A stretch of DNA of 64,000 nucleotides from Alphaproteobacteria bacterium (GCA_963667785.2 CAXXMU010000002.1:128001-192000), one strand, 5' to 3'; positions 51,311 to 63,964 are shown, numbered from the stretch's first letter. Notes: a model not told the origin generated them from the letters alone. Program-made: numbers and translations.

Positions 51311-52504
51311 GTGAACGTGAGCGGGACGGCGGATCACGCCGGGGAGCGCGACGCGGTCCTGCAGCGGGCCGAGGCCCTGCTGCCGAGCCTGCGCGAGCGG
51401 GCCGCGGCGACGGAAACGCTACGGCGCCTGCCGGCCGAGACCGAGGCCGCGTTCCACGAGAACGGGCTCTTCCGCGTGCTGCAGCCGGCCCGCGTCGGCG
51501 GCGCCGAGCTGGATTACGGAATCATGATCGATCTCGGCGCCATCGTCGCCCGCGCCTGCCCGTCCAGCTCCTGGAACCTGACCAATCTGCTCGCCCATCA
51601 CTGGATGCTCGCGCTCTTCGAGCCGGAGGTGCAGGACGAGGTCTGGGGGCCGGACCCGGACGTGCTGATCGCGGCCTCGATGATCTTCCCGGCAGGCAAG
51701 GCGCGCGCGGTCGACGGCGGCTACGTGATCTCCGGCCGCTGGCCTTTCGCCAGCGGCATCGATCCCAGCGCCTGGTGCATGCTGGGCGCGATCGTGGCCG
51801 ATACCGATCCGCCCGAGCATCGCATGTTCGTCCTGCCGCAGGCCGATTACGAGATCATCGACACCTGGCACGCGACGGCCCTGCGTGGCACCGGCAGCAA
51901 CGACGTGACGGCCGCCGACGTCTTCGTGCCCGCGCACCGCACGCTCGCGGTCGACGAGACCAAGGGGTGCCGGGGGCCCGGGCTGGCGGTCAACGACGGG
52001 CCGCTCTACCGAATCCCCGTCTTCGCGATGTTCCCCTACGTGCTGGCCGGCTGCGCCCTAGGGGCGGCGGAAGGCGCGCTCGAGGGCTATGTCGCCGCGA
52101 CCCGGAAGCGCGTCGGCTCCTACAGCGGCGTGCGCGTCGCCGAGCATGCGCCGGTCCAGATCAAGATCGCCGAGGCGGCGGTCAGGATCGAGGCGGCAGG
52201 CTCGCTCATGCGCGCGGCCTGCGACGAGGCGATGGGTTACGCGAGGGCAGGGACGGTCCCGGACTTCACGGCCAAGACGCGCTTCCGCCGCAACGGCGCC
52301 TACGCCGCCAACGAGTGTCGGCGGGCGGTCGACATCCTGTTCGAATCCGCCGGCGGTGCCGCTCTCTACGAGCGCAACCCTTTGCAGCGCTACTTCCGGG
52401 ACGTCCACGCGATCAACGCGCACATCTCGTTCAACTTCGACATCGCGGGCGCGCAATACGGCCGCGCCGTCCTCGGCTTGGAAGAGGGCGCGGGCTTGCT
52501 CTAG
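51311..52504 (+). CDS. Acyl-CoA dehydrogenase-fold flavin-dependent monooxygenase (HsaA/HpaH-like oxygenase component)
   Basis: LQPARVGG, SGRWPFASG, DTW...LRGTGSND, LQRYFRDVHAI.AH. Confidence 0.85.
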   Translation: MNVSGTADHAGERDAVLQRAEALLPSLRERAAATETLRRLPAETEAAFHENGLFRVLQPARVGGAELDYGIMIDLGAIVARACPSSSWNLTNLLAHHWMLALFEPEVQDEVWGPDPDVLIAASMIFPAGKARAVDGGYVISGRWPFASGIDPSAWCMLGAIVADTDPPEHRMFVLPQADYEIIDTWHATALRGTGSNDVTAADVFVPAHRTLAVDETKGCRGPGLAVNDGPLYRIPVFAMFPYVLAGCALGAAEGALEGYVAATRKRVGSYSGVRVAEHAPVQIKIAEAAVRIEAAGSLMRAACDEAMGYARAGTVPDFTAKTRFRRNGAYAANECRRAVDILFESAGGAALYERNPLQRYFRDVHAINAHISFNFDIAGAQYGRAVLGLEEGAGLL

Positions 52505-52570
52505 ACTGGCCTGCACAGGAACTCGGGCGGCCCGCCATCCGGCGGCGGGGCGGAACAGGGGAGAGACCGG

Positions 52571-53434
52571 ATGAAACCGCCACCGTTCGACTATCACTGT
52601 CCGGAGACGCTGGACGAGGCGCTCGCGCTGCTCGCGGAGCACGGCGAGGCGGCCAAGGTGCTCGCCGGCGGCCAGAGCCTGGTGCCGATGCTCAACCTGC
52701 GGGCGGTGCACCCGGAAGTGCTGATCGACATCAACCGCCTGCCGGGCCTCGACCATGTGCGGATCGAGGACGGCGAGCTCAGGATCGGCGCGCTGGCGCG
52801 GCACCGGGCGGTGCTGGAGTCGCCTGCGGTGCGCGAGGCATCGCCCCTGATGGCCGCCGCCTATCCCTACGTCTCCCACGGGCCGATCCGCAATCGCGGC
52901 ACGCTGTGCGGCAATCTCTGTCACAACGACCCGGCCTCGGAGATGCCGGCGGTGGCGCTGGCGAGTGACGCGGAGATGATGCTGCAGAGCGCGTCGGGCG
53001 CGCGCACCGTCGGCGCGGAAGAATTCTTCACCGGCACGCTTTCCACCGCCGCCAGGGCGGACGAGCTCCTGGTCGAGGTCCGCGTGCCGCAGGCGCCGGC
53101 GGGGCAGGGCGCGGCCTTTCACGAGGTGAGCCCGCGCAAGGGCGACTTCGCCTACGTGGCGGTGGGCGCCGTAGTCTCGCTCTCGGGCGGCGCCTGCAGC
53201 GGCGCGCGGATCGTCTGCGCCGGCGTGGGCGACGGGCCGCACCGGGCGCGCGCAGCCGAGGACGCACTCGAGGGCGCGGCGCCGGGCGAAGACGCCTTCC
53301 GGCAGGCGGCAGCGGCTGCGGCCGACAGCATCGACCCCGGCGAGGACTTTCACGCGGACGCGGACTATCGGCGCGATCTGGTGCGCAGCCTGACCCGGCG
53401 CGCGCTCGCCGATGCCGCCTCCCGCTGTCACTGA
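52571..53434 (+). CDS. Molybdenum hydroxylase FAD subunit (CoxM/CutM-like), triplet 1
   Basis: MKPPPFDY, AGGQSL, IRNRGTLCGN, DPASE. Confidence 0.93.
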   Translation: MKPPPFDYHCPETLDEALALLAEHGEAAKVLAGGQSLVPMLNLRAVHPEVLIDINRLPGLDHVRIEDGELRIGALARHRAVLESPAVREASPLMAAAYPYVSHGPIRNRGTLCGNLCHNDPASEMPAVALASDAEMMLQSASGARTVGAEEFFTGTLSTAARADELLVEVRVPQAPAGQGAAFHEVSPRKGDFAYVAVGAVVSLSGGACSGARIVCAGVGDGPHRARAAEDALEGAAPGEDAFRQAAAAAADSIDPGEDFHADADYRRDLVRSLTRRALADAASRCH

Positions 53435-53446
53435 AGGGAGGTGGAG

Positions 53447-53932
53447 ATGACGACACCACGCACGGTCGAGCTTGTCGTCAACGGCGAGCGTCGCGCCGCC
53501 GACGCCGAGCCGCGCACCCTGCTGAGCGACTTCCTGCGCGAAGGGCTCGGGCTCACCGGCACCCATGTCGGCTGCGAGCACGGAGTCTGCGGCGCCTGCA
53601 CCGTGATGGTCGACGGCGAGAGCGTGCGCTCCTGCCTGATGCTCGCGGTTCAGGCCGAGGGCTCTGAAGTCCGCACCATCGAGGGGCTAGGCGTCGCCGA
53701 CGACATGCACCCGCTGCAGGAGGCATTCTGGGAGAAGCACGGCCTGCAATGTGGCTTCTGTACGCCCGGCATGCTGATGACGGCGGTCGAGCTGCTGGAG
53801 AGCACGCCCGATGCCGGCATGGACGAGATCCGCGAGGCGATCTCGAGCAACCTCTGCCGCTGCACCGGCTACCAGACCATCGTCGAGGCGGTGCAGGCCG
53901 CGGCCGAACGGATGCAGGGAGAGGGGCAATGA
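53447..53932 (+). CDS. Molybdenum hydroxylase [2Fe-2S] subunit, triplet 1
   Basis: [22 protein letters not shown]. Confidence 0.95.
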   Translation: MTTPRTVELVVNGERRAADAEPRTLLSDFLREGLGLTGTHVGCEHGVCGACTVMVDGESVRSCLMLAVQAEGSEVRTIEGLGVADDMHPLQEAFWEKHGLQCGFCTPGMLMTAVELLESTPDAGMDEIREAISSNLCRCTGYQTIVEAVQAAAERMQGEGQ

Positions 53933-56403
53933 CCCGCGAACGCCATTACATCCCCGAATCGCGGCAACGCGAGAAGCCCAAGTCCAAGTATTTCGCCATC
54001 GGGCACAGCATGAAGCGGGTGGAGGACACCCGCCTGCTCACCGGCTCCGGCACCTATGCGGACGACGTGTCGCTGCCCAACATGGCGCATGCCGCCGTGC
54101 TGCGCAGCCCGCACGCGCATGCCCGCATCGTGAGCATCGACAAGTCGAAGGCGGAGGCGCTGCCCGGCGTGCTCTGCGTGATGACCGGCGCCGAGGCGGC
54201 GGAGGTCACGGGACCGTGCGCCGACTTCTCCAGCCCGCCGACGACGCAGCACTGCATCGCCGTCGACAAGGTGCGCCACGTGGGCGAGGCGGTGGCCGCC
54301 GTGGTGGCTGAGAGCCGCTACATCGCCGAGGACGCCTGCGAGCTGATCGAGGTTGAGTACGACCCGCTGCCGGTCGTGGTCGATCTGGAGGAGGCGGTGA
54401 CGTCCACGGGCGATGCCGTGCTCCATCCCGAGCGCGGCGATACCAACGTGGCGCTCCAGCGCACCATCACCTTCGGCACGGTGGACGAGGACTTCGCCGC
54501 CGCCGATCTGGTGATCGAGCGCAGGCTGCGCTGGCCGCGCTCCGGCGGCACGCCGATCGAGACCGTCGGCGCCACCGCGCACTACGACCGCGGCACCGGC
54601 AAGTTCACGATCCACGCCAACACGTCGATGTACAACTATGTCGGCTGGCTGATCGCGGTCTCCCTCAAGGTCGACCCGCACCGGCTCAACATCGTGCCCA
54701 CCGACGCGGGCGGCAGCTTCGGCAGCAAGCTCTTCTGCCACAAGGTCTGCACGCTCGCCGGCACGCTCGCGCGCGCCGCGGGCCGGCCGGTCAAGTATCT
54801 GGAAGACCGCATCGACAACATGACGAGCGGCGACGCCCACGGCTCCGACCGCCTCTACGACGCCCAGCTCGCGCTGAAGCGCGACGGCACGATGCTGAGC
54901 ATGCGGCTCAAGGTGATCGACGATTACGGCGCCTACTTCCAGTACGGCGTCGGCCAGCACGGCAACGCCATGGCGCAGGTGACCGGCCCCTACGGCATCA
55001 CCAGCGTCGAGGTCGATCTCACCGCCGTTCTCACCAACAAGTGCCAGCAGGGGGCCTATCGCGGCTTCGGCTCCGAGGTCGGCAACTTCGTGATCGAGCG
55101 CCTGGTCGACGCCGCCTGCGAGGAGCTCGGCCTCGATCCGGTCGAGATGCGCCGGAAGAACCTCATTCCCAAGGACGCGTTCCCCTACATCATGCCCACC
55201 GGCAACATGTACGACAGCGGCGACTACCACGCCGTGCTCGACGAGGCGCTCGGCATGATCGACCTCGAGGGCTGGCGCAAGAAGCAGGCCGAGGCGCGCA
55301 AGGAGGGCCGCTACATCGGCATCGGCATCTCCACCTGCCAGGAGCGGAGCGTCTTCAGCGCCACCGAGTTCTGGATGTGGAACCCGAACGAGACCCCCGG
55401 CTTCACGCTCTCCAGCTCGCCGGAGAGCGTCTCCGTCAACATCGACCCCACCGGCAAGGCCTTCATCACGCTGAACGCGCCCTTCTGGGGCAACAGCCCG
55501 GAGACGATGGCCGTCCAGGTTCTGGCCGAGAAGCTGGAGATGGATCCGGCGGACATCTCGGTCGGCTACGCCGATTCCGACAAGGGGTTCAACTCGTCGG
55601 GCCCCGGCGGCAGCCGCTTCACGGTGATGATCGCGGGCGCGGTCAGCGGTGCTGCCGACGTGATCCGCGAAAAGATGCTGCGGGTCGCCAGCCACATGCT
55701 GGAGGCGGACCCGAGCGATCTCGAGTTCCGCGCCGGCAAGATCGGCGTGCAGGGCGTGCCCGGCAAGGAGAAGACGCTCGCCGAGGTGGCGCTCCACGCC
55801 CACTACTTCCGGCTGGACCTGCCGGAGGACCACGACCTCACCAGCGGCATCGACGCGGCCTACGTCTACGACCATCCGGTCACGACCATGCCGTCGGAGG
55901 ACCGCTCCGACCTCGGCATCTTCTATCCCATCGTCGGCCACATGTGTCACATCCCGGTGGTCGAGGTCGATGTCGAGACCGGCAAGGTCGATTTTCTGGA
56001 CTACGTGGCGGTGCACGACTGCGGCACCATGGTCAACCCGATGACGCTGGCCGGCCACGTGCGGGGCGGCACCGTGAACGGCATCGGCAGCGCGCTCTAC
56101 GAGCACTTCCACTATGACGAGAGCGGCCAGCTCCAGAACGCGCTTTTGAGCGACTACCTGCACCCGACCCTGATGGAGACGCCGGTGGATATCCGCGTCG
56201 GCCACGTCGAGACGCCGTCGCCCTTCACCGAGTACGGCATCAAGGGCGGGGGCGAGGGCGGGCGCATGGGCGCGCCGCCGGCGATTGCCGCGGCCATCGA
56301 GGACGCGCTGAAGCCGCTCGGCGTCAAGGTGGATTCGCTGCCGCTCACGCCCAAGGTGCTGCGCGGCATGATCCGCGAAGCGGAAGCGAACGGCGGGGGC
56401 TGA
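53929..56403 (+). CDS. Molybdenum hydroxylase large subunit, triplet 1
   Basis: ATGA overlap; [28 protein letters not shown]. Confidence 0.95.
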   Translation: MTRERHYIPESRQREKPKSKYFAIGHSMKRVEDTRLLTGSGTYADDVSLPNMAHAAVLRSPHAHARIVSIDKSKAEALPGVLCVMTGAEAAEVTGPCADFSSPPTTQHCIAVDKVRHVGEAVAAVVAESRYIAEDACELIEVEYDPLPVVVDLEEAVTSTGDAVLHPERGDTNVALQRTITFGTVDEDFAAADLVIERRLRWPRSGGTPIETVGATAHYDRGTGKFTIHANTSMYNYVGWLIAVSLKVDPHRLNIVPTDAGGSFGSKLFCHKVCTLAGTLARAAGRPVKYLEDRIDNMTSGDAHGSDRLYDAQLALKRDGTMLSMRLKVIDDYGAYFQYGVGQHGNAMAQVTGPYGITSVEVDLTAVLTNKCQQGAYRGFGSEVGNFVIERLVDAACEELGLDPVEMRRKNLIPKDAFPYIMPTGNMYDSGDYHAVLDEALGMIDLEGWRKKQAEARKEGRYIGIGISTCQERSVFSATEFWMWNPNETPGFTLSSSPESVSVNIDPTGKAFITLNAPFWGNSPETMAVQVLAEKLEMDPADISVGYADSDKGFNSSGPGGSRFTVMIAGAVSGAADVIREKMLRVASHMLEADPSDLEFRAGKIGVQGVPGKEKTLAEVALHAHYFRLDLPEDHDLTSGIDAAYVYDHPVTTMPSEDRSDLGIFYPIVGHMCHIPVVEVDVETGKVDFLDYVAVHDCGTMVNPMTLAGHVRGGTVNGIGSALYEHFHYDESGQLQNALLSDYLHPTLMETPVDIRVGHVETPSPFTEYGIKGGGEGGRMGAPPAIAAAIEDALKPLGVKVDSLPLTPKVLRGMIREAEANGGG

Positions 56404-56462
56404 AAGACGCCCAGCCGCCGGGAGGGGCGGCGCGCACGCGGGCAGAGCAGGGAGGGGGTCCC

Positions 56463-58832
56463 ATGTATGTCGGTCAGGCGATCCTGCGCCGGGAGGACGA
56501 GCGCTTCCTCCGGGGCCGCGGGCACTACGTCGAGGACATCACCCTCGACGAGCCCATCGCGCATGCCGCCTTCGTCCGCAGCCCCCATGCCCATGCCGCG
56601 GTAACGCGCATCGATACCGCGAAGGCCCAGGGGATGCCGGGCGTGCTGGCGGTGCTCACCGGCGCGGACTGGACCGCCGCCGGCTACGGCGAGGCCGAGG
56701 GCGTCTGGCCGGTCAAGGACATGAGCGGCGCCGCCGCCCGCACCGTCAACCGGCCCTTCATCTGCACCGACGGCGTCGTGCGTTGCGTCGGCGAGATCGT
56801 CGCCATGGTCGTCGCCGAGGACCGCCACCAGGCGCAGGACGCCGCCGAGGCCATCGCGGTCGATTACGAGGAGAAGCCGGCCAACACGATCACCGCCCGG
56901 GCGCTCGACCCCGACACGCCGCTGGTGCATCCCGCGCACGGCACCAACGAGGTGTTGGTCACCGAGCACGGCCTCAAGGAGGAGACCGAGGCGGCGCTGG
57001 CCAAGGCGCATCACGTTACCGAGGTCGTGGTCCCCACCAACCGCGTCACCGCCGCCTCCATCGAGCCGCGCTGCTACATGGGTCACCACGACACGGTCAA
57101 CGACCGCTACACGGTGTGGACCACCAACCAGGCGCCGCACATCGTGCGCCGCTACTTCACCAAGTCGCTGGGGATCCCCGAGCACAAGCTCCGGGTGATC
57201 GCGCCCGACGTCGGCGGCGGCTTCGGCATGAAGCTCTACCACTATCCCGAGGAGCCGCTGGTGCTGTGGGGCGCCATCGTCTCGCGCCGGCCGGTGCGCT
57301 GGGTGGGCACGCGCTCGGAGTGCCTGCTGGGGGACACGCATGCCAGGGACCACCACACGGTGGGCCGCATGGCCTTCGACGAGGACGGCAAAATCCTCGG
57401 TGTGAAGTTCGAGACCCTCGGCGCCTTCGGCGCCTACGAGAGCCAGTGGAACGCCAGCATCACCAACGCCTACCACTTCACCATGCTCTCGCTCGCCTAC
57501 GACATCCCGGCGATCCACACCACGGTGCGCGGCGTCTATACCAATGCCACGCCGGTGGACGCCTATCGCGGCGCGGGCCGGCCCGAGACCATCTATCAGG
57601 TCGAGCGCCTGATCGAGAACGGGGCCCACGAGATGGGCATCGACCCGCTGGAGCTGCGCGCCCGCAACCTGATTCCGGCGGAGAAGTTCCCCTACCAGAC
57701 CGCCATCGGCATCACCTACGATTCCGGTGACCCGCCGGCGCTCGTGGAGAAGGCCCGGGCGCTCTGCGACTACGACGCGCTCCGCGCCGAGCAGGCCGCA
57801 CTCCGGGCCGAGGGCCAGTGGATGGGCATCGGCATCGTGGCCTTCTTCGACATGGCCGGCGCCGGACCGGTCAAGATGATGAACGACCTCGGCGCCAAGA
57901 TCGGTTGCTACGACGTGGCCAGTGTGCGCGTGCATCCCGATGGCCGGATCACCGTCTTCGCCGGCAGCCACAGCCACGGCCAGGGCCACGAGACGACCTG
58001 GAGCCAGATCGCCGCCGATCGCCTCGGCTGCGACATCGACCATATCGACCTGGTCGAGGGCGATACCGACCGGGTGCCCATGGGCATCGGCACCTGGGGC
58101 TCGCGCTCGCTGTCGACCGCCGGCATGGCGGTCTACACCGCCGCTGACCGGGTGGTGGCCAAGGCCAAGCGGATGGCGGCGCACATGCTGGAATGCGCGG
58201 CCGAGGATCTGGACCTGGCCGACGGCGAGTTCACCGTCAAGGGTACGGACAGGAGACTCTCGTTCGCGGAAGTGGCGAACGCGTCCTACCACTCCGGCGA
58301 CCGCCCGGCCGATCTCGAGATCGGCCTGGAGGAGACCTCGTTCTTCGATCCGGCCGACTGCACCTATCCCTCGGCGGTGCATGTCTGCGTCGTGCTGGTC
58401 GATCCCGAGACCTGCGCCGTGACCCTCCGCGACTACTGGGCGGTGGACGACGTCGGCACCGTCATCAACCCGATGGTGCTGCACGGGCAGGTTCATGGCG
58501 GACTGGTCCAGGGTATCGGCCAGGCGCTGATGGAGGAGTGCGCCTACGACCCCGAGTCCGGCCAGTACCTCGCCGGCACCTTCATGGACTACGCCATACC
58601 CCATGCCGAGGACGTGCCGTCCTTCGGCCTCGATTCGCACTTCACCAGGGCGCTGGGCAACCCGCTGGGCGCCAAGGGTGCAGGCGAGAGCGGCACCATC
58701 GGCGCGCCCGGCTGCGTCGCCAACGGGGTGATCGATGCGCTCTGGCATCTGGGCGTGCGCCAGATCACGCAGCCGATGACGCCGAAGAAGATCTGGCGCG
58801 CCGTCGAAGACGCAAGACGGGCGCAGCAGTAG
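56463..58832 (+). CDS. Molybdenum hydroxylase large subunit, form II CoxL-like, triplet 2
   Basis: [31 protein letters not shown]. Confidence 0.92.
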   Translation: MYVGQAILRREDERFLRGRGHYVEDITLDEPIAHAAFVRSPHAHAAVTRIDTAKAQGMPGVLAVLTGADWTAAGYGEAEGVWPVKDMSGAAARTVNRPFICTDGVVRCVGEIVAMVVAEDRHQAQDAAEAIAVDYEEKPANTITARALDPDTPLVHPAHGTNEVLVTEHGLKEETEAALAKAHHVTEVVVPTNRVTAASIEPRCYMGHHDTVNDRYTVWTTNQAPHIVRRYFTKSLGIPEHKLRVIAPDVGGGFGMKLYHYPEEPLVLWGAIVSRRPVRWVGTRSECLLGDTHARDHHTVGRMAFDEDGKILGVKFETLGAFGAYESQWNASITNAYHFTMLSLAYDIPAIHTTVRGVYTNATPVDAYRGAGRPETIYQVERLIENGAHEMGIDPLELRARNLIPAEKFPYQTAIGITYDSGDPPALVEKARALCDYDALRAEQAALRAEGQWMGIGIVAFFDMAGAGPVKMMNDLGAKIGCYDVASVRVHPDGRITVFAGSHSHGQGHETTWSQIAADRLGCDIDHIDLVEGDTDRVPMGIGTWGSRSLSTAGMAVYTAADRVVAKAKRMAAHMLECAAEDLDLADGEFTVKGTDRRLSFAEVANASYHSGDRPADLEIGLEETSFFDPADCTYPSAVHVCVVLVDPETCAVTLRDYWAVDDVGTVINPMVLHGQVHGGLVQGIGQALMEECAYDPESGQYLAGTFMDYAIPHAEDVPSFGLDSHFTRALGNPLGAKGAGESGTIGAPGCVANGVIDALWHLGVRQITQPMTPKKIWRAVEDARRAQQ

Positions 58833-58869
58833 CGCCCGCGGCAACCGGAACGATCGCGGGAGAAAGGCG

Positions 58870-59343
<474 letters not shown>

Positions 59344-59356
59344 GGGGGAGGGGCCG

Positions 59357-60157
59357 ATGTATCCGTTCACCTACCACCGCCCGGCCTCGCTCGACGATGC
59401 CGAGGCGCGCCTCGCCGCGAGCGAGGACGGCCGGCCGCTCGCCGGCGGCATGAGCCTGATCCCGACGATGCGCTTTCGCCTCGCCTCGTGCTCGGACCTC
59501 GTCGACCTCAACGGCATCGACGGGCTGGCCGGGATCGAGCGGCACGAGGGCGGCATCCGGATCGGCGCGATGACGCGGCACGCGGCCGTCGAGGCCTCGG
59601 CGGAGGTGCAGGGCGCGATCCCCGCGCTTGCGACGCTCGCCGGCTCCATCGGCGACGTGCAGGTGCGCAACCGCGGCACCATCGGCGGCTCGATCTGCTT
59701 CGCCGACCCGGCGGCGGACTACCCGGCGGGCATCCTCGGCCTAGGCGCCTCGGTCAACACCGACCGGCGCTCGATCGCCGCGGACGGCTTCTTCACCGGG
59801 CTCTACGAGACCGCGCTGGACGACGGCGAGCTCGTGGTCTCGGTCGATTTCCCGGTGCCCGAGCGGGCGGGCTGGGCCAAGTTCGGCAACCAGGCCTCGC
59901 GCTTCGCCGTGGTCGCGGTGATGGTCTCGCTTGCCGGCGGCGCGGTGCGCCTCGCCGTCACCGGCGCGAAGTCCCACGTCTTCCGCGTGCCGGAGATGGA
60001 GGCGGCGCTTGCCGCCGATTTCTCGGCCGAGGCGCTGGAGGGCATCGCGGTCGCGAGCGAGGGGCTCAACGAGGACCTTCACGCCGACGCAGCTTACCGC
60101 GCGCACCTGATCGGCGTCATGGCGAAGCGCGCGGTCCGCGCCGCCCTCGGGCAATGA
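59357..60157 (+). CDS. FAD subunit, CoxM-like, triplet 2
   Basis: MYPFTYHRP, AGGMSL, QVRNRGTIGGS, DPAADYP, ASRFAVV. Confidence 0.93.
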   Translation: MYPFTYHRPASLDDAEARLAASEDGRPLAGGMSLIPTMRFRLASCSDLVDLNGIDGLAGIERHEGGIRIGAMTRHAAVEASAEVQGAIPALATLAGSIGDVQVRNRGTIGGSICFADPAADYPAGILGLGASVNTDRRSIAADGFFTGLYETALDDGELVVSVDFPVPERAGWAKFGNQASRFAVVAVMVSLAGGAVRLAVTGAKSHVFRVPEMEAALAADFSAEALEGIAVASEGLNEDLHADAAYRAHLIGVMAKRAVRAALGQ

Positions 60158-61011
60158 AGCCGCCGCGCTTCCGCTACCTGCGCGCGGAGAGTGTCGACGG
60201 CGCGCTCCAGGCGCTCGCCGACAACCCCGATGCCCGTCCGCTTGCGGGCGGCCAGAGCCTGATCGCCATGATGAACCTCAGGCTGGTCAGGCCGGCCTGC
60301 CTCGTTGACATCAACCGGGTCGCGGGCCTTGCCTACGTGAGGGAGGATGGCGACGGTGTCGCCATCGGCGCGCTGGCGCGGCACAACGACGTCAAGCACT
60401 CGGACCTCGTCCGCGCGCGCTGCCCGCTGCTGACCGAGGCCTACGAGTCCATCGCGCACCACACCGTGCGGAACCGCGGCACTCTCGGCGGCAATCTCTG
60501 TCACGCCGATCCCTCGTCGGAGACGCCGGCGGTCATAGTCGCGATCGGCGCCACGCTGGTGCTCCAGAGCGTGGGCGGGCGCCGCGAGGTCGCGGCGGAG
60601 GACTTCTTCCACGGGCCCTACGAGACCGCGGCGCGGCAGGACGAACTGCTGGTCGAGATACGCCTTCCCGGCCGCGGCGCCGACGGCTGGGCCTTCGCCG
60701 AGGTCAGCAACCGCCACGGCGACTTCGCCATCGCCGTCGTCGCGACCACGCTGCGGCTCGCGGACGGGCGATGCGAGGCGGCGCGCGTGGTGGCGAGCGC
60801 GGTCGGCGAACACGCGGCCCGGCTCAGGCCGGCGGAAGACGCGCTGGCGGATGGCGCAATCGACAATGCTGCCATCGAGCGCGCGGCGGAAGCGGCGGCG
60901 GGCGCGATCGACCCGCACAGCGACAGCCACGCGGACACGGCCTACCGGCGGGACGCGGTCGCCGCGCTCACCCGGCGCACGCTGCGCTGCGCCGCCGAGC
61001 GCTGCGGCTGA
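60154..61011 (+). CDS. Molybdenum hydroxylase FAD subunit, triplet 3
   Basis: ATGA overlap; MKPPRFRY, AGGQSL, RNRGTLGGN, DPSSE. Confidence 0.92.
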   Translation: MKPPRFRYLRAESVDGALQALADNPDARPLAGGQSLIAMMNLRLVRPACLVDINRVAGLAYVREDGDGVAIGALARHNDVKHSDLVRARCPLLTEAYESIAHHTVRNRGTLGGNLCHADPSSETPAVIVAIGATLVLQSVGGRREVAAEDFFHGPYETAARQDELLVEIRLPGRGADGWAFAEVSNRHGDFAIAVVATTLRLADGRCEAARVVASAVGEHAARLRPAEDALADGAIDNAAIERAAEAAAGAIDPHSDSHADTAYRRDAVAALTRRTLRCAAERCG

Positions 61012-61022
61012 GGGAGGGGGCG

Positions 61023-61505
61023 ATGGAGCGCGAGACGATCAGCGTGACCGTCAACGGCAGGGCCTACGAGCGCGTGGTCGAGCCGCGCCGGCTGCTCAGC
61101 GACTTCCTGCGCGACGACCTGCGCCTCACCGGCACCCATGTCGGCTGCGAGCACGGGGTCTGCGGCGCCTGCACCGTGATGATGGACGGCGTCACAGCCC
61201 GCTCCTGCCTCACCTTCGCGGTGATGGCGGACGGCGCCGAGATCGAGACCATCGAGGGCCTCGGTTCGGTCGACGCCATGCACCCGGTGCAGCGGGCCTT
61301 CTGGGAGAAGCACGGGCTCCAGTGCGGCTTCTGCACGCCGGGGATACTGATGACCGCCGTCGAGCTTCTGGAACGGAACCCCGACCCCTCCGTGGACGAC
61401 ATCCGCGACGCCATATCCGGAAACCTCTGCCGCTGCACCGGCTATCAGACCATCGTCGACTCGATCCGGCACGCGGCACGCCTGATGCGGGAGGACGGCG
61501 CATGA
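61023..61505 (+). CDS. Molybdenum hydroxylase [2Fe-2S] subunit, triplet 3
   Basis: [22 protein letters not shown]. Confidence 0.94.
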   Translation: MERETISVTVNGRAYERVVEPRRLLSDFLRDDLRLTGTHVGCEHGVCGACTVMMDGVTARSCLTFAVMADGAEIETIEGLGSVDAMHPVQRAFWEKHGLQCGFCTPGILMTAVELLERNPDPSVDDIRDAISGNLCRCTGYQTIVDSIRHAARLMREDGA

Positions 61506-63964
61506 GCGAGCGCGGCCACATCCCCGAGAGCCGGCAGCGCGAGAAGCCGCGCGCCGATCTGAAGTGGATCGGCAGGAGCATGAAGCGGGTGGAGGACCCG
61601 CGCCTCCTCGTCGGCAAGGGGCTCTACACGGACGACGTGAACCTGCCGGAGATGGCCCATGCGGCGGTGCTGCGCAGCCCCCACGCGCATGCCAGGATCG
61701 TCTCCATCGACGTGAGCAAGGCGGCGGCGCTGCCTGGCGTGCTCTGCGTGATGACCGGCGCCGATGCGGCGGCGGTCTGCGACCCGCTCCCCACCTGGGC
61801 GAGCCCGCCGGTGCTCCAGCCGGCCATCGCCCACGAGCGGGTGCGCCACGTCGGCGAGGCGGTGGCGGCGGTGGCCGCGGAGGACCGCTACATCGCCGAG
61901 GACGCCTGCGAGCTGATCGAGGTGGAGTACGCGCCGCTGCCGCCCGTGGTCGATCCCGAGGAGGCGCTGGCGTCCACGGGCGATGCCGTCCTGCACCCGG
62001 ACCGGGGCGACACCAACATAGCCCTCGAGCGCAAACTCACCTTCGGGCCGGTGGAGGAGGACTTCGCCGCCGCCGACCTGGTCATCGAGCGCCGCTTCCG
62101 CTGGCCGCGCTCCGGCGGCCAGCCGCTGGAAACGGTGGGCGCGGTGGCGAGCTACGACGAGGGCTCGGGTCGCTTCACCATCCAGTGCAACACCTCAATG
62201 TACAACTATTGCGGCTGGATGATCGCCGACACGCTCCGCGTGGCTCCCCACAAGCTCAACATCGTGCCGACGCTCGCCGGCGGCAGCTTCGGCAGCAAGA
62301 TGTTCGTCCACAAGGTGCCGATCATCGCCGCGGCGCTCGCGCGCGCGGCCGGCCAGCCGGTCAAGTTCATGGAGGACCGGATCGACAACACCACGAGCTG
62401 CGACAATCACGCCTCGGACCGCGTCTACTACGCGAAGCTCGCGCTCAAGCGCGACGGCACGCTGCTCAGCCTCAAGACCCGGATCATCGACGATTACGGC
62501 GCATACTTTCAGTTCGGCGTCGGCCAGCACGGCAACGCGCTCTCGCAATGCGTCGGCCCCTATCGCATCAACAGCGTCGAGGTCGACCTCGCCGCCGTGC
62601 TCACCAACAAGTGTCAGCAGGGCGCCTATCGCGGCTTCGGCTCCGAGGTCGCGAACTTCGTGATCGAGCGCCTGGTGGATGCCGCCGCCGGCGAGCTCGG
62701 CATGGACCGCATCGCGCTCCGGAGGCAGAACTTCATCCAGCCGGACCAGTTCCCCTATCTGATCCCGACCGGGAACATGTACGACAGCGGCAACTACCAG
62801 GCGGTTCTCGACGAGACGCTGAAGCTCGCCGACATCGAGCACTGGCGGGCGAAGCAGGCGGAGGCCCGGGCGGAGGGGCGCCATATCGGCATCGGCGTCG
62901 CCACCTGCCAGGAGCGGAGCGTCTTCAGCGCCACCGAGTTCTGGATGTGGAACCTGGAGCCCGGCGTCGAGTGGACCAGTTCGCCGGACGGGGTCTCGGT
63001 CAAGATCGACCCGACCGGCAAGGCCTTCGTCACGCTGCATTCGCCCTTCTGGGGCAACAGCCCGGAGACCGTGGCCGCCCAGGTGCTGGCCGAGCAGCTC
63101 ACCATCGACCCGGCGGATATCGAGATCACCTATTCGGACACCGACCAGGGCCTCAACTCGACCGGGCCGGGCGGCAGCCGCTTCACGGTGATGGTCACCG
63201 GCGCCATCGTCGGCGCCGCCGGCAAGATCCGCGAGAAGCTGCTGCGCATCGCCGCCCATCTGATGGAGGCCGACGTGCGCGACCTCGCGCTCGAGGACGG
63301 CGCGGTGCACGTCAAGGGCGTGCCCGACATGAAGATGAGCATCGCCGAGCTCGCCGACAAGGCGCACTACTACCGGCTCAGCATGCCCGACGATCTCGAT
63401 CTCACCAGCGGGCTCGACGCGACCTACGTCTACGACCATCCGGTGACGACCCTGCCGGACGCCGACGAGCGGCACATGGGAATCTTCTATCCGATCATGG
63501 GCCACAGCTGCCACATCCCCGTGGTCGAGGTCGATATCGAGACCGGGCAGGTGCACTTCCTCCACTACGCCGCCGTCCACGACTGCGGCACCATGGTGAA
63601 CCCCATGACGCTCGAGGGGCACATCAGGGGCGGCACGGTGAACGGCATCGGCACCGCGCTCTTCGAGGAGTTCCGCTACGACGAGGCCGGCCAGCTCACG
63701 ACCGCGCTCTGGACCGACTACCTGATCCCCACCATCAAGGAATCGCCGGCGGATATCGTCGTCGGCCATGTCGAGACGCCGTCTCCCTTCACCGAGTACG
63801 GCGTCAAGGGCGGCGGCGAGGGCGGGCGCATGGGCGGCCCGCCGGCGATCGCGGCCGCCATCGAGGATGCGCTGAAGCCTCTCGGCGTTACCATCGACAG
63901 CCTGCCGCTGCCGCCGAGCCGGCTGCGCGCCCTCATCCGCGAGGCCCAGGCGAAGCAGGCCTGA
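61502..63964 (+). CDS. Molybdenum hydroxylase large subunit, triplet 3 (paralog of 53929..56403)
   Basis: ATGA overlap; GGSFGSK, AYRGFG, KGGGEGG; colinear with the triplet 1 large subunit. Confidence 0.95.
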   Translation: MSERGHIPESRQREKPRADLKWIGRSMKRVEDPRLLVGKGLYTDDVNLPEMAHAAVLRSPHAHARIVSIDVSKAAALPGVLCVMTGADAAAVCDPLPTWASPPVLQPAIAHERVRHVGEAVAAVAAEDRYIAEDACELIEVEYAPLPPVVDPEEALASTGDAVLHPDRGDTNIALERKLTFGPVEEDFAAADLVIERRFRWPRSGGQPLETVGAVASYDEGSGRFTIQCNTSMYNYCGWMIADTLRVAPHKLNIVPTLAGGSFGSKMFVHKVPIIAAALARAAGQPVKFMEDRIDNTTSCDNHASDRVYYAKLALKRDGTLLSLKTRIIDDYGAYFQFGVGQHGNALSQCVGPYRINSVEVDLAAVLTNKCQQGAYRGFGSEVANFVIERLVDAAAGELGMDRIALRRQNFIQPDQFPYLIPTGNMYDSGNYQAVLDETLKLADIEHWRAKQAEARAEGRHIGIGVATCQERSVFSATEFWMWNLEPGVEWTSSPDGVSVKIDPTGKAFVTLHSPFWGNSPETVAAQVLAEQLTIDPADIEITYSDTDQGLNSTGPGGSRFTVMVTGAIVGAAGKIREKLLRIAAHLMEADVRDLALEDGAVHVKGVPDMKMSIAELADKAHYYRLSMPDDLDLTSGLDATYVYDHPVTTLPDADERHMGIFYPIMGHSCHIPVVEVDIETGQVHFLHYAAVHDCGTMVNPMTLEGHIRGGTVNGIGTALFEEFRYDEAGQLTTALWTDYLIPTIKESPADIVVGHVETPSPFTEYGVKGGGEGGRMGGPPAIAAAIEDALKPLGVTIDSLPLPPSRLRALIREAQAKQA

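Noticed and set aside
59488-63964. Apparent N-terminal extensions or fusions in ORFs 59488..61011 and 60851..63964 (also 53749, 45499, 35049, 36629)
   Set aside because: Extensions overlap real genes in another frame; true starts have RBS or ATGA/GTGA overlaps.
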